64,000 nt of DNA, taken from contig JAOPTW010000014.1 of the NCBI GenBank assembly GCA_051532035.1, forward strand, positions 64,001-128,000. Direction: 5' to 3'. Positions within the stretch are counted from its first letter, which is position 1. Each line of letters begins with the position of its first letter. The notes beneath the pieces are model-generated. The model did no database searches, was not told the DNA's origin, and was given only the letters and a program-made list of their open reading frames with translations. The DNA comes from Fibrobacterales bacterium (lineage in GTDB: Bacteria; Fibrobacterota; Fibrobacteria; Fibrobacterales; JAOPTW01). Of this stretch, positions 9,833 to 19,964 are shown one piece after another. Position numbers and translations under genes: made by a program.

Positions 9833-11848
9833 CTACTCATCGGGCGTGTGTTGATTGTCCGTAGAGACAATAGTACCATCTTCTCGAATAAGAGTTCCAT
9901 CTTTCTCTTCGAGAATTTCTTTATGAAATCCGCGAAATTTTATGCCATTCATTTCACTCTTTATTTCTCTAAAGCTGCTACCCAAACGAATCAGTAGGTC
10001 TGGTATTACTTTCGTAGTCACCTCTATAAATGGATTATTAGAGATCATTCCCTTTGATTTTTCTTTAAGCTGTTCCAAAGCCTTACCTACTTTTTCACGC
10101 TTATCCATCGATTCTTTAAGCGCAATGAGCTTCTCTTTCATTTTAACTTTTTCTGTTTCACCCAGACTTCTCAGATTTTCTACTGAATCTTTTTTAGAAA
10201 GATCCATACCAACCCGCGTTTCTAACTGAGCAATTTTTTGGACAAGTACTTCTTGAGCCCCTTCAAGCTCCTTTATTTGTTCTAAAAGCTTCACATCTAT
10301 CCCTACAACAAGTTCGGTTTTCGTTGCAATAGACCCAGCAGAATGGAGTGTCATCCCCTGTACAGCATTGGTCAAACCCCCAATAACCGCCCCCTTTTTC
10401 TGGACCTTTACTTTATTTCCTAATACTGTAATTTCACGTCCAACAAACACCCGAGCCTGGTACAGAAACCTATCAATAAGACAGTCCCCTTCAACACGCA
10501 CCATACTCTCTTGTACAAAACCAATTTCTGCATTGCCTTTTACGTACACAGTAGTATCTTCTCCAAAAACCCCTTTCAGTATTTCAAGGTTTTTCCGAGC
10601 ATCAATTCGAGTATTATTTGCCACACTTCCTTGAATTGAGATATTCCCGCCGGACTCAACAGAAAAACCCTCTACAACACTCCCTTCAACAACAATATCT
10701 TTATCATATTGCACGTTACCAGTCTCAGCATTTACATCTCCTTCTATTATAAGGCCCTCTGAGACCATCAAAGTTTTACCATTTACATAGAGCACCCCTT
10801 CAACCGTTGTTCGGTACTCTATTTCCCCTTCTTTCTCGGTACTTTCTATAAAGTCCCCAATGAGAAAATCATCATCCTTAACGGGCTCAACAGGAATATT
10901 CTCCATCCATATATCAATACCAGCCTTTCCTTCTTTTGGCTGCACCTTTTTAGCAATAGCAATCCCTTCTTTAACATGCAAAAAACTGCTAATTGCTTTA
11001 TGATCTACCCGCTCATCATCTTTCACCTCAACCTTTTTTTTCTCAACAAGAATTTCAAGCTGGGCATCCTTACCTGGAATCGCATCGACCTGTTTTCGAA
11101 TGAGAAGGTCACCTTTGGGATTATTCAATACTTCTTGTATCGTTAGTCCACGCTTTGTTATAAGCTTCTCTTCTAAATATTCAGAAAGTGCAATTTGTTG
11201 CTCTTTTGCTCCAATACTTACAGGCTCTACTAAAAAGAACAATTGAGTCTTTTCACTATTTGGGTTATAGGGTGAGAATATTGCCAACTCATTATGAATA
11301 TTATAAACAAGATACCCTGTCTCACCTGCAGACCATTCAAAAAATGTCCCTTTATCCTCAACAACAATTGATTCGTCAAGAGAAATTATATCACTATCTG
11401 GGTCCACATCACTTTCGACCCCTCGAACATTTTTCATTATTTTTGCTACCCGTAAAATAGCTTGCCCTTTCGCTAAAAATATGAGCTTCTCAACAGAACC
11501 TGATACTGAAGCCTTCACTACCTCCCGCTTATTCAGTATACTAAAAATTGATTTCAAATTATTAGTATACTCTTGAAAGGCCTCATACCCTATTTTTTCA
11601 CCTTTGGGTATATACCCTATTTCTAAACCAAATACTCCAGCTCGTGCAACAATCAGGTTTTGTACACTCCCTCCTGCCGCACACTCTTCAATTCCCTTTT
11701 CAATGGCGGCCACTTGAATGCCTTCAGTCACTCCGAGTAGAGAAAGCTCTTCGCGTATCAACGAGAGTGATACATCTGGATAGAGTGATGTGAGCATTAC
11801 CGAACACTCATCATCACTTACTTTAAACTGGAGAATCTCGTCAGCCAT
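9833..11848 (-). CDS. FapA/DUF342 family protein (flagellar assembly protein A-like)
   Basis: PKEGKAGIDI, GDVNAETGNV, beta-helix repeats (VEGSV, IQGSV), AVIGG, TELVVG, then a coiled coil. Confidence 0.85.
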   Translation of the reverse strand: MADEILQFKVSDDECSVMLTSLYPDVSLSLIREELSLLGVTEGIQVAAIEKGIEECAAGGSVQNLIVARAGVFGLEIGYIPKGEKIGYEAFQEYTNNLKSIFSILNKREVVKASVSGSVEKLIFLAKGQAILRVAKIMKNVRGVESDVDPDSDIISLDESIVVEDKGTFFEWSAGETGYLVYNIHNELAIFSPYNPNSEKTQLFFLVEPVSIGAKEQQIALSEYLEEKLITKRGLTIQEVLNNPKGDLLIRKQVDAIPGKDAQLEILVEKKKVEVKDDERVDHKAISSFLHVKEGIAIAKKVQPKEGKAGIDIWMENIPVEPVKDDDFLIGDFIESTEKEGEIEYRTTVEGVLYVNGKTLMVSEGLIIEGDVNAETGNVQYDKDIVVEGSVVEGFSVESGGNISIQGSVANNTRIDARKNLEILKGVFGEDTTVYVKGNAEIGFVQESMVRVEGDCLIDRFLYQARVFVGREITVLGNKVKVQKKGAVIGGLTNAVQGMTLHSAGSIATKTELVVGIDVKLLEQIKELEGAQEVLVQKIAQLETRVGMDLSKKDSVENLRSLGETEKVKMKEKLIALKESMDKREKVGKALEQLKEKSKGMISNNPFIEVTTKVIPDLLIRLGSSFREIKSEMNGIKFRGFHKEILEEKDGTLIREDGTIVSTDNQHTPDE

Positions 11849-12756
11849 TACATCTCACTCAGCAGTGTATCTATATTTTTTAGGGTTTCAGGCGCATCCA
11901 CTATTACTTTCTGTTGATACAACACCAAACTGATAAGTGTTGCAATTCTCTCAAATTTATCTTGGATATTAGTCACCGGTAAATGGTGTTTATTATTGAC
12001 AACCAAAACTCCTAACCGTTTTCCTGATTTTTCTAATGGAATTGCCGCAACAGCTCCATCCACAGAAACCTTATGGGTAGCAAAAGCACTTTCTGCCAAC
12101 GTATCAAGTTTCGCACTACTTTCAGTAGTAATACTCGAAAAAGTTTTATCTAAAAAGGGAACCGACACATAGATTTCATCAATATGAAACATCTTAGTCG
12201 CAAGGGTTGTAATCCTCTGAAGCAACTCTTCTACCGCCCCCCCTTCAAGTAACTCACTCAAAATTTCTGACCGCTCATTAAGCTCCCAAGTACGCTCTGC
12301 AACCTTCGCCTCCAAGACGGCATTTACATTTTCAAGCTCTTCGTTTTTTCTATTTAACTCTTCAAGAAGGTGTGCACGTCCACTCCGTTCTTCATACAGC
12401 TCCCAAGCATTATTCAAATGAAGAAGAAGCTCCTCTTTTTTTATATCTTTTGATAGGTATCGCCATACGTGCCCTTCATTAATAGCCTGAGTAACTGATT
12501 GAACATCAGAATACCCTGAAAGGACGAGTTTAATTGAAAGAGGATCAATAACATGGGCCTCGACAATAAAGGCCACGCCATCCATTTCGGGCATGCGCAT
12601 ATCCGAAATCACGAGACCATAAGACTCATCTTTAAGACACTGAAGTGCTTCAGTGGTACTGGTACAGAAAGTTCCCGTATATTCAGATATTTCAAGGGTT
12701 CTTTCAAAGGCATTTAAAACACTCTGCTCGTCATCAACAAATAATACTTTTCTCAT
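11848..12756 (-). CDS. Response regulator (REC, coiled coil, GAF-like C-terminus)
   Basis: VLFVDDE, VISDMRMPEMDG, LSGY, AINEGHVWRYLSK; LEAKVAERT signalling helix; AAIPL...LGVLVV. Confidence 0.88.
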   Translation of the reverse strand: MRKVLFVDDEQSVLNAFERTLEISEYTGTFCTSTTEALQCLKDESYGLVISDMRMPEMDGVAFIVEAHVIDPLSIKLVLSGYSDVQSVTQAINEGHVWRYLSKDIKKEELLLHLNNAWELYEERSGRAHLLEELNRKNEELENVNAVLEAKVAERTWELNERSEILSELLEGGAVEELLQRITTLATKMFHIDEIYVSVPFLDKTFSSITTESSAKLDTLAESAFATHKVSVDGAVAAIPLEKSGKRLGVLVVNNKHHLPVTNIQDKFERIATLISLVLYQQKVIVDAPETLKNIDTLLSEM

Positions 12757-13655
12757 TTCATTCCCTTTATTAAAGGTGAATTTCTATCAATAGGGAGTTC
12801 TATCACAAAACGAACTCCTTCCGCAAAAGAGCGATCAACAAAGAGCGCCCCATTATGTTTATTCACAACAATATCATGTGAGATACTGAGCCCAAGTCCC
12901 GTCCCCTCACCTACATTCTTGGTAGTAAAAAATGGATCAAAAATTTTATTAAAAATCGCCTCGTCAATAGGATCACCATTATTTTCTATCTCACATATTA
13001 CATTCTTATTACGAATGAATGTCCTTACACCAATTCGCCCTCGTTCATGGGAGCTACTCTGGATAGCAGCAACAGCGTTGACTAAAATATTTAGAAAGAC
13101 TTGATTGATCTCTCCCAGATTACAACATACCAGAGGAATATCCCCGAGATAGACATCAATATCTGCAGCGTGTTTAATTTGATGTCTCACCACAACAAGC
13201 GTTGACTGTAATCCCTCATTGATATTATTTTCTACAAAACCTTCACGCGTGTCCACACGAGAGAACCCTCTCAAACTCTGTACAATAGCTCTAATTCTAT
13301 CGACCCCTTCTTGGGTTTCACTCAGTAATTTCTGCAAATCACCTGCCGAACTCAATAATGGCGCGTATTGCGCTATGTCTTTTTGAGTAGGCGTTCTCTC
13401 ATTATCGTCCCACAACTGTGCTACATTTTGAATCTGGAGTATATATTCAGATAAATGATCAATATTGAGCGTAACAAAACTCAGCGGATTATTTATTTCA
13501 TGCGCTACTCCCGCAGCTAATTGCCCAATAGCAATGAGCCTCTCATTCTGCACCATCTGCATCTGCATTTGTTGCATAAATTGAGTTCCCTCCTCAAGAG
13601 CCCTTACTTTATCGGTAAGGAGCTTATTTTCCTCAAGAAGATCACTATTTTCCAT
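12753..13655 (-). CDS. Cytoplasmic NtrB-like histidine kinase with no evident sensor domain
   Basis: GQLAAGVAHEINNPL H-box, QVFLNILVNA N-box, IFDPFFTTK, GTGLGLSI; only about 35 aa precede the H-box helix. Confidence 0.92.
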   Translation of the reverse strand: MENSDLLEENKLLTDKVRALEEGTQFMQQMQMQMVQNERLIAIGQLAAGVAHEINNPLSFVTLNIDHLSEYILQIQNVAQLWDDNERTPTQKDIAQYAPLLSSAGDLQKLLSETQEGVDRIRAIVQSLRGFSRVDTREGFVENNINEGLQSTLVVVRHQIKHAADIDVYLGDIPLVCCNLGEINQVFLNILVNAVAAIQSSSHERGRIGVRTFIRNKNVICEIENNGDPIDEAIFNKIFDPFFTTKNVGEGTGLGLSISHDIVVNKHNGALFVDRSFAEGVRFVIELPIDRNSPLIKGMK

Positions 13656-13680
13656 TGTATCCTAACTTCATTAAATGATG

Positions 13681-15648
13681 CTACTTCTTTTCAATAGAAG
13701 TCCGCGCAATAATTTGCCCATTTACATTGACATAATTTCTACCCTTATCCTTCCCCTTCAGTACTGTTTGACCATTACTGACGCGAAGATATACATCGGG
13801 AATAATGTGATTCTTAATTTCTATTTCACAGGTGTCAGATTGAGGGTGAAAAACCTGTTCCTCAATAACCGACATTACTTTTTGTATTTCTTTCTTCTTT
13901 GCAACAATTTTTTTAATATTCTCTAACGCTGTTTTTACTAATTGCTTTGACGGTGTATCCATCTGTGCTACTTTTGCAGTCGCCTCTTTTGACATAAGAT
14001 CAAGGCCACGTAACATCTTAAATTTATCTACCTGAGCATCGCAAAACTTCACCCGTTCCCTAAGGTTATACATATTCCTAAGATTTTCCATATTCACCCC
14101 TGCAAAGAGCTCTGTCTTTGTAGAGTGAGACCCCACCGAATGCAGTGTAATAGAATGAAATGCATTTAACACTCCGCCAATAACACTTCCTTTGTTATCA
14201 CCTACAATTTTTTTGCCACTCACTTCGATATTCTCACCTGCAAATATTTTTGCATGATAGATAAAACCATCTACCAAAATATTCTTATCTACTGATACTG
14301 TGCTCTCTTGAATAAAGCCTATTTCTGCATCACCTTTAACCTTAACAACTGTTTGATCACCAAAAATTCCACGTTTAACAATTAAATTACCACCACATTC
14401 TATAATGGCGCCATTCTCGACATTTCCCCCGATAATACAGTCTTCTTTTGTCGATATCGAAAAGCCCTCTTTAACATCTTTTTTTATTACAACCGAGTGA
14501 TCAAACGTAATATTACCCGTCTCTTGAGATACCTCATCTACTTGTAAATTTGTATTGATACTACAGCCATGTTCCTGTATAGAAACAATCCCATCTTTTT
14601 CTGCCCTATAGAGGGTCGACTTTTCACGTTCTTCAATTAGAATATTTTCTCCTGGAGTAAAATCACAATCAATCACGGGGTCAACAGGAATCACAACTCC
14701 CATAACGTCAACACCTGATACGCCATCTATTACAGGAAGTTTTTCACAAATAATCTCTCCCATCTTCACCATATCAAACTGAGACCACGCCTTATGGTCT
14801 ACTTGCAATTCACTCTCTGTCCCTCGTTCACGGGGAGGAATATAGTGCACCACAATTCTTCCATTTTGACCAACAACCGGCTCTCGTCTCTTGCGACACA
14901 GAATTTTTTTCGAGAAGCCTTCTTGTAATAACTCACGAACTTCAGCTTCATCCATTGTCGAAACACCATCTTCAACTTGATTAAAAAAGCTCTGTATTAT
15001 CTTCTGCTGCCCAAATTCAGCGGGATGAAAATAGAAATGCATCTCTGTCTCAGTATCATTAATAAGCGTCGGTTCAAAAATATCCAGCTGTAATCTATCA
15101 TTCATCCCCACATAGCCTTCTCTTTTTGCAACAAGCTGATAGACATCACTCAGTTCATCGACAGAAAAAGCTTCTGAGTTAATCTGCAGAAAATCGCTAT
15201 CGAGATCTACCATAACATCCATACCATACACATTCTTTCGACTTTTACCGATGGTGATAATTGGCGTTTGCGCAGTAACGAAGTAGACAAAGTCTGCACT
15301 TTTTTTACCATCATCACTCGTAAGAGATTTATAGACACGCCTCAACTCGTTCCCAAGCTGTGTTACTTCATCGGGAGAAAATACGACATCAGTAATAGCC
15401 AATGTCACTTGTATCGACGGGACCACTGCAACAATCACATCATGCTCAGCAACGCCTCCGATATCGACTCGTTCGATTATAGATTGTAATGAATCTTTAG
15501 AAAACCCTTCACGAACCTGAAGGTCTTGTAATCGATCAAGAAAATCAACAACAGTAGTGCTTGGCGCAACACTTTTACAGACAACTTTTGTCCCTTCGCT
15601 GTTTATAACTAAATCAATTTGTCTCATACTATACCAGTAGTATACCAT
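13681..15648 (-). CDS. FapA/DUF342 family protein, paralog of 9833..11848
   Basis: VDHKAWS, GVSGVDVMG, ETGNI, AEIGFIQES, SVIGG and TELFAG closely match the paralog; start may be ATG 15627. Confidence 0.85.
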   Translation of the reverse strand: MVYYWYSMRQIDLVINSEGTKVVCKSVAPSTTVVDFLDRLQDLQVREGFSKDSLQSIIERVDIGGVAEHDVIVAVVPSIQVTLAITDVVFSPDEVTQLGNELRRVYKSLTSDDGKKSADFVYFVTAQTPIITIGKSRKNVYGMDVMVDLDSDFLQINSEAFSVDELSDVYQLVAKREGYVGMNDRLQLDIFEPTLINDTETEMHFYFHPAEFGQQKIIQSFFNQVEDGVSTMDEAEVRELLQEGFSKKILCRKRREPVVGQNGRIVVHYIPPRERGTESELQVDHKAWSQFDMVKMGEIICEKLPVIDGVSGVDVMGVVIPVDPVIDCDFTPGENILIEEREKSTLYRAEKDGIVSIQEHGCSINTNLQVDEVSQETGNITFDHSVVIKKDVKEGFSISTKEDCIIGGNVENGAIIECGGNLIVKRGIFGDQTVVKVKGDAEIGFIQESTVSVDKNILVDGFIYHAKIFAGENIEVSGKKIVGDNKGSVIGGVLNAFHSITLHSVGSHSTKTELFAGVNMENLRNMYNLRERVKFCDAQVDKFKMLRGLDLMSKEATAKVAQMDTPSKQLVKTALENIKKIVAKKKEIQKVMSVIEEQVFHPQSDTCEIEIKNHIIPDVYLRVSNGQTVLKGKDKGRNYVNVNGQIIARTSIEKK

Positions 15649-15708
15649 GTCACTTTAACTATAAACAATGAAAAAGGCTCATTTCCTATAATTCCACCTA
15701 AAAAAAGT

Positions 15709-18150
15709 CTAAAAAGGGAATGAGCCTACTTGAAAGCCAACAATATGGTCCATCTGTGTATCAAATTGACTTTCACTGTAGAGAATCAGCTCTATGGATC
15801 GTATCTTAAAGCGTAGAACTGCCTCAAGAATAAATTGAGAGTGAAATCCATCAAGGTATTCACCTCCATTATCCAATGAGTGCAAAGAGTGCAATCGGAG
15901 CCAACTACTCAAATAGTTCCAAGAAACACCCGTCGTAAAAAAACCATTCACAAACCCCCAACTTGCATAACGTGGGTCGTATCCATACCGTGCCCGTAGA
16001 GCTGTATTCATGGTTGGTTTAAACCGTTGACTCATAACAGTATCTTGTTCTGTAATTCCTGAAAAAGTTTCTGAATTTGAAATTGTTGTGGTAAATGGTT
16101 CAGGAACTTTGCCAAACTGCTTATAATCAACATCAACAACTCCACTACTTCCAAAACCAATATGGAACCACGATCGAGGAGAGAAAAAGCGACGTAACGT
16201 CCCAGCCGCCTCAACATGAAGAGGAGCCGAAGAACCAATCACTTCAGGTAACCCTTCAGCTTTAAAATGCCCAGAAAGATCAATAAGAGTCCCTGTCGTT
16301 GAAAATTCTCCATCATTTAATGTATTGAGTTTTCCACCAAGACCAAACTCAAAAGCTATTACTTTCGCGTCCCTTAACGTATCTGAATCTAATTGAGTAA
16401 AAAGCGAATTGTCAAAAAACATATCAGCATATATGAACCCCTTATGTGACGTTTCATACCCCACCAATACATGCATAGAGTCTCGCTCCTCTTTCAGAAT
16501 CTCTCTGTCTATTCTCAGCCCCCCTTTAAGCGATTGATATTCCAGTGTCTGAAAAAACTGAGAAATTTTAAAAAAGAATGGGGCACCTCCCAGCGCGTAA
16601 AAAGAAGCGACTCCCTTTATTCCTCGAGCATAATCACCCACCCATCCTTCTAGATCAATGGTGTAGTTAAAGTGATTCACACTCCCATAACTCAATGCAC
16701 CATATGCATGTGGATAGATAAATGCCCCCCCAAACAGCCCACCTGTCACTGATAGTTGATCTTGTACCTTTGCTTCAATTTCTATATCGACACTTCCCGA
16801 ATCAATACTTTCAAATATACTGAGGTTAGGGCGAGAGTAATAAGGAGACCGATAGAGGTCACCAACGACACCTTTCAGATGACTCCCATCCATAGCAATA
16901 GGATAAAACCTGAGAAGGTAATGAACATAACTATGAAATTGCGGTTCAAGTGTATTAAGGTGGAGTTGATTGAAGGTAAAAAACTTTGACTCAGTAACAC
17001 GACTAAAAGGAATATATTCCCTATGTGGAAATCCTCCCCCATACACCATAAAGAGAGCGTCCATTTTACTTTTCATAAGCACCTTCCCCATCTCAACAAC
17101 CTCTTTGAAAGAGGCATGGGGTGAATAAGCATGGGGTTGTATCCTTAAAATATTTTCACTATAATAAAGGTCACTACTTAATTGAGCCCCATATACTGTT
17201 CTAAAAAAGTGACGTTGATTTATAGCATCTCCAAGATCTCTCTTTTTTACTGGAGTTGCATCCACCGCTATGAGCCAATTAACTTCGTGCTCTTCCAGGA
17301 TAGCATCCGGAACAAACCGTGCATAGAGCAGACCACTTACAACAATATTTTTTTTAAAAGTATAAAACTCTTCTTCCTCAATGTTAGATAGGGTTGCTAA
17401 AAGCACCTTCAAGATATTTCCATTTTTATGAATATATGGCTTTTTAGTATCCACGTTGGATGTAACTATTCTCAATGGAACTCTTAATGAATCATATGAT
17501 CCTCCCATCTCATAGAGGCGAGGCACTATTTTTTCTGCAATTAACTCTGCAAGTATGCCATTTCGTTTATGTGCTCCATTCATTTTCACGAGAGTCGTTG
17601 TAGTGTCATTCTCTTTAAAAAATTTAAAGCGTTGCTGAATCCCCATAACCCCATAAGGAGCACTATACTCTACGATTCCCTCGTCAGTCGCCCCTCTCAT
17701 ACTCTCAACAATATCTGGCCTATTCAAAATAACCTCAATTGAATCAGCACTGTACCCCGACGCCCACAAGGCTGCAATAAGACCACCCCACGAAGAACCA
17801 TAAATATAATCCACCGGTATTTTATACGCCTCTATTGTTTTGAGAACCCCAATATGAAGGGCACACTCTTCATAACCGCCACTCAGAAAAAGTCCAGGAC
17901 GAATTGACACGGCCTCGCTCAACTCTTCGACTTCACTGAAATCAGCCTCACCTGTACTCATTTTTACAGGAGGAATAATACTATTCACTTGCTTTGCAGG
18001 GCTTTCAATCTCCTCCCCTTTTGAAGCATCAGTTGTATTGAGTATCACTTTTCCATAACTCATAGTAGCACAAACAAAAATCAGTGTAATTAACACTTTA
18101 TGCAATAAAAGCATTTCCCGACCCTTTCTATAGAACATAGTACTTCTCAC
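15709..18150 (-). CDS. Patatin-like domain fused to a probable outer-membrane beta-barrel (PlpD-like architecture) with degenerate catalytic motifs
   Basis: Signal peptide, GLFLSGG....ALHIGVLK, IPVDYIYGSSWGG (GxSxG), amphipathic aromatic beta-strands and a C-terminal Phe; start probably ATG 18114. Confidence 0.78.
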   Translation of the reverse strand: MRSTMFYRKGREMLLLHKVLITLIFVCATMSYGKVILNTTDASKGEEIESPAKQVNSIIPPVKMSTGEADFSEVEELSEAVSIRPGLFLSGGYEECALHIGVLKTIEAYKIPVDYIYGSSWGGLIAALWASGYSADSIEVILNRPDIVESMRGATDEGIVEYSAPYGVMGIQQRFKFFKENDTTTTLVKMNGAHKRNGILAELIAEKIVPRLYEMGGSYDSLRVPLRIVTSNVDTKKPYIHKNGNILKVLLATLSNIEEEEFYTFKKNIVVSGLLYARFVPDAILEEHEVNWLIAVDATPVKKRDLGDAINQRHFFRTVYGAQLSSDLYYSENILRIQPHAYSPHASFKEVVEMGKVLMKSKMDALFMVYGGGFPHREYIPFSRVTESKFFTFNQLHLNTLEPQFHSYVHYLLRFYPIAMDGSHLKGVVGDLYRSPYYSRPNLSIFESIDSGSVDIEIEAKVQDQLSVTGGLFGGAFIYPHAYGALSYGSVNHFNYTIDLEGWVGDYARGIKGVASFYALGGAPFFFKISQFFQTLEYQSLKGGLRIDREILKEERDSMHVLVGYETSHKGFIYADMFFDNSLFTQLDSDTLRDAKVIAFEFGLGGKLNTLNDGEFSTTGTLIDLSGHFKAEGLPEVIGSSAPLHVEAAGTLRRFFSPRSWFHIGFGSSGVVDVDYKQFGKVPEPFTTTISNSETFSGITEQDTVMSQRFKPTMNTALRARYGYDPRYASWGFVNGFFTTGVSWNYLSSWLRLHSLHSLDNGGEYLDGFHSQFILEAVLRFKIRSIELILYSESQFDTQMDHIVGFQVGSFPF

Positions 18151-18932
18151 GTAAATTCTTTTCTGTGAAACCAGAGTGACGCCCCTGTTAATAGGAGTAC
18201 ACTGTACAGCAATCCATAACAGAGAGTGAGGCTGACATCCCCAATTGTTAGTGGTATAGAGTGAATCAGTTCATGTGAGCGATTAAACAGTGTAAAATCT
18301 GGAATTATAGTATGAAGTATTTGAGCAATAGATTCTTGAATTTCAGAATAGTTTGCCGATCCTATTTTCTTGGTAAATGCTATCTGATCCAAAACCGAAG
18401 GGAGCGTTTGACCCGCAATGTATATACCAAAGGTAAAGAAAGCACTAAGTGCTGTACTCGAGAAGGTTGAGAAAAAAAGTGCGATCGCTATAATCAGCGA
18501 CATCTCAGCCCCTTTCAAAATAATAACTAATAGATGTTCAAAAGTAACCGATCCACCGGATAGCAGAACCGCGATTACAAATGCTACAGAAAGAAGCGTT
18601 AGATGACATCCAATAATATACAGTAGGCCAATATATTTGCCCAGCAAAAATTGAGTCCTCGATACTGGTTTAGTTACAATTGTATAGAGGGTATGCTTCT
18701 CTATCTCTGTGTGTACAAGACCAACGCCCACAAAAATAGAGATGAGTAATCCACTGAGTGACATCACACTTAACGTAAAAGATGTGACAACATAGACACG
18801 ATTAAAAACCGCCCAATCACCAAGAACATGTGCAAACCCTATAAGAAGTATCGCTATTGCCCCAATAACATACAACACTCTATTACGAATATGTTCACGA
18901 AAGGTGTTCCGAGCTATCGTATTAATAACCAT
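18147..18932 (-). CDS. ABC-2 type exporter permease
   Basis: IARNTFRE..R, EIEKHTLYTIVTKPVSR..FLLGKY, C-terminal FHRKEF; six TM segments. Confidence 0.88.
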   Translation of the reverse strand: MVINTIARNTFREHIRNRVLYVIGAIAILLIGFAHVLGDWAVFNRVYVVTSFTLSVMSLSGLLISIFVGVGLVHTEIEKHTLYTIVTKPVSRTQFLLGKYIGLLYIIGCHLTLLSVAFVIAVLLSGGSVTFEHLLVIILKGAEMSLIIAIALFFSTFSSTALSAFFTFGIYIAGQTLPSVLDQIAFTKKIGSANYSEIQESIAQILHTIIPDFTLFNRSHELIHSIPLTIGDVSLTLCYGLLYSVLLLTGASLWFHRKEFT

Positions 18933-19665
18933 TGGAACTCACCTCCTGAAGCAATAGCTCTTCGAGGGAATTTCTCGATGTTGTCTTATCAATCAAATCT
19001 TCAACACTCCCCGTTGCACGAATTGTGCCGTCAACCAATAACGCAATACGATTTGAAATAGACTCAACATCATGTAAAATATGGCTTGAATAAAAGATGG
19101 TTGTCCCCTTTTTATTGAGGTTCACCAGTAAGTCGCGCACTAATCGTCGTGCTACAGGATCGAGCCCACTCATTGGTTCATCAAGAATTAACAGTGATGG
19201 CTTATGGAGTATTGCTTGTGCAAGCCCTACTTTTTGGACCATTCCTTTAGAATAAGTCTTTAGAGGAGTATCAATCCAGTGATCCCCAATATGTAACTGT
19301 TCTGCAACCAGAGCTATGCTCTTTTTCCGTTGGTCCGAGTTCATCCCATGGAGCTCCCCGTAAAAGTTAAGTAACTCTCGCCCCGTTAAATAACTATAGA
19401 AATAAGGGTGTTCCGGAAGATACCCAACTTGGGCGGCAACAGATTTTGAATATGTCTCTTCACCCAAAAGAGTTGCGTTACCTGAATCATATCGAATGAG
19501 CCCGAGAAGCGATTTAATCGTTGTTGATTTACCTGCACCATTCGGCCCAATAAACCCAAAAAGATCTCCCTTGTGTACCGAAAAGCTGACCCCTTTAAGA
19601 ACCTCACGAGGCTTTTTAAAGAGATCCTGTTTCCAGGTCTTACGGAGGTCTTTGACCTCAATCAT
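18922..19665 (-). CDS. ABC exporter ATP-binding protein
   Basis: GPNGAGKST, GYLPE, YSKGM signature, LILDEPMSGLDP, SSH. Confidence 0.93.
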   Translation of the reverse strand: MIEVKDLRKTWKQDLFKKPREVLKGVSFSVHKGDLFGFIGPNGAGKSTTIKSLLGLIRYDSGNATLLGEETYSKSVAAQVGYLPEHPYFYSYLTGRELLNFYGELHGMNSDQRKKSIALVAEQLHIGDHWIDTPLKTYSKGMVQKVGLAQAILHKPSLLILDEPMSGLDPVARRLVRDLLVNLNKKGTTIFYSSHILHDVESISNRIALLVDGTIRATGSVEDLIDKTTSRNSLEELLLQEVSSNGY

Positions 19666-19847
19666 TTTTTATACCGTCTCACTGCATGTAAAATTGCACC
19701 TCCAATATAAAGCACCACCCCCAATCCAAAGAGAGGCATACGCCCCCCTTCTGGCACATTAATAGTGGCTATTAAATCTGTATAGAGAAACGATCCGGCA
19801 AGAGCAATAATACCGATCAATTTTAGAATCCAAGGAAACTGAGACAT
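19662..19847 (-). CDS. Small two-TM hypothetical protein
   Basis: MSQFPWILKLIG... from ATG 19847 (the longer track start lies inside a terminator); stop overlaps the ATPase start (ATGA). Confidence 0.6.
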   Translation of the reverse strand: MSQFPWILKLIGIIALAGSFLYTDLIATINVPEGGRMPLFGLGVVLYIGGAILHAVRRYKK

Positions 19848-19881
19848 AGCGATCCAAATAAGGTGTTTAAGATAAATATAT

Positions 19882-19915
19882 AAAAAGTCTGAAACCAAAT
19901 GCTTGATTTCAGACT
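19882..19915 (-). terminator. Rho-independent terminator after the CoA-persulfide reductase gene
   Basis: Minus strand AGTCTGAAATCAA-gcat-TTGGTTTCAGACT-TTTT. Confidence 0.75.
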
Positions 19916-19964
19916 CAAAACAACCACTCTGTTCCTTGAGTGATACGAACGTATCTTCTTATTC

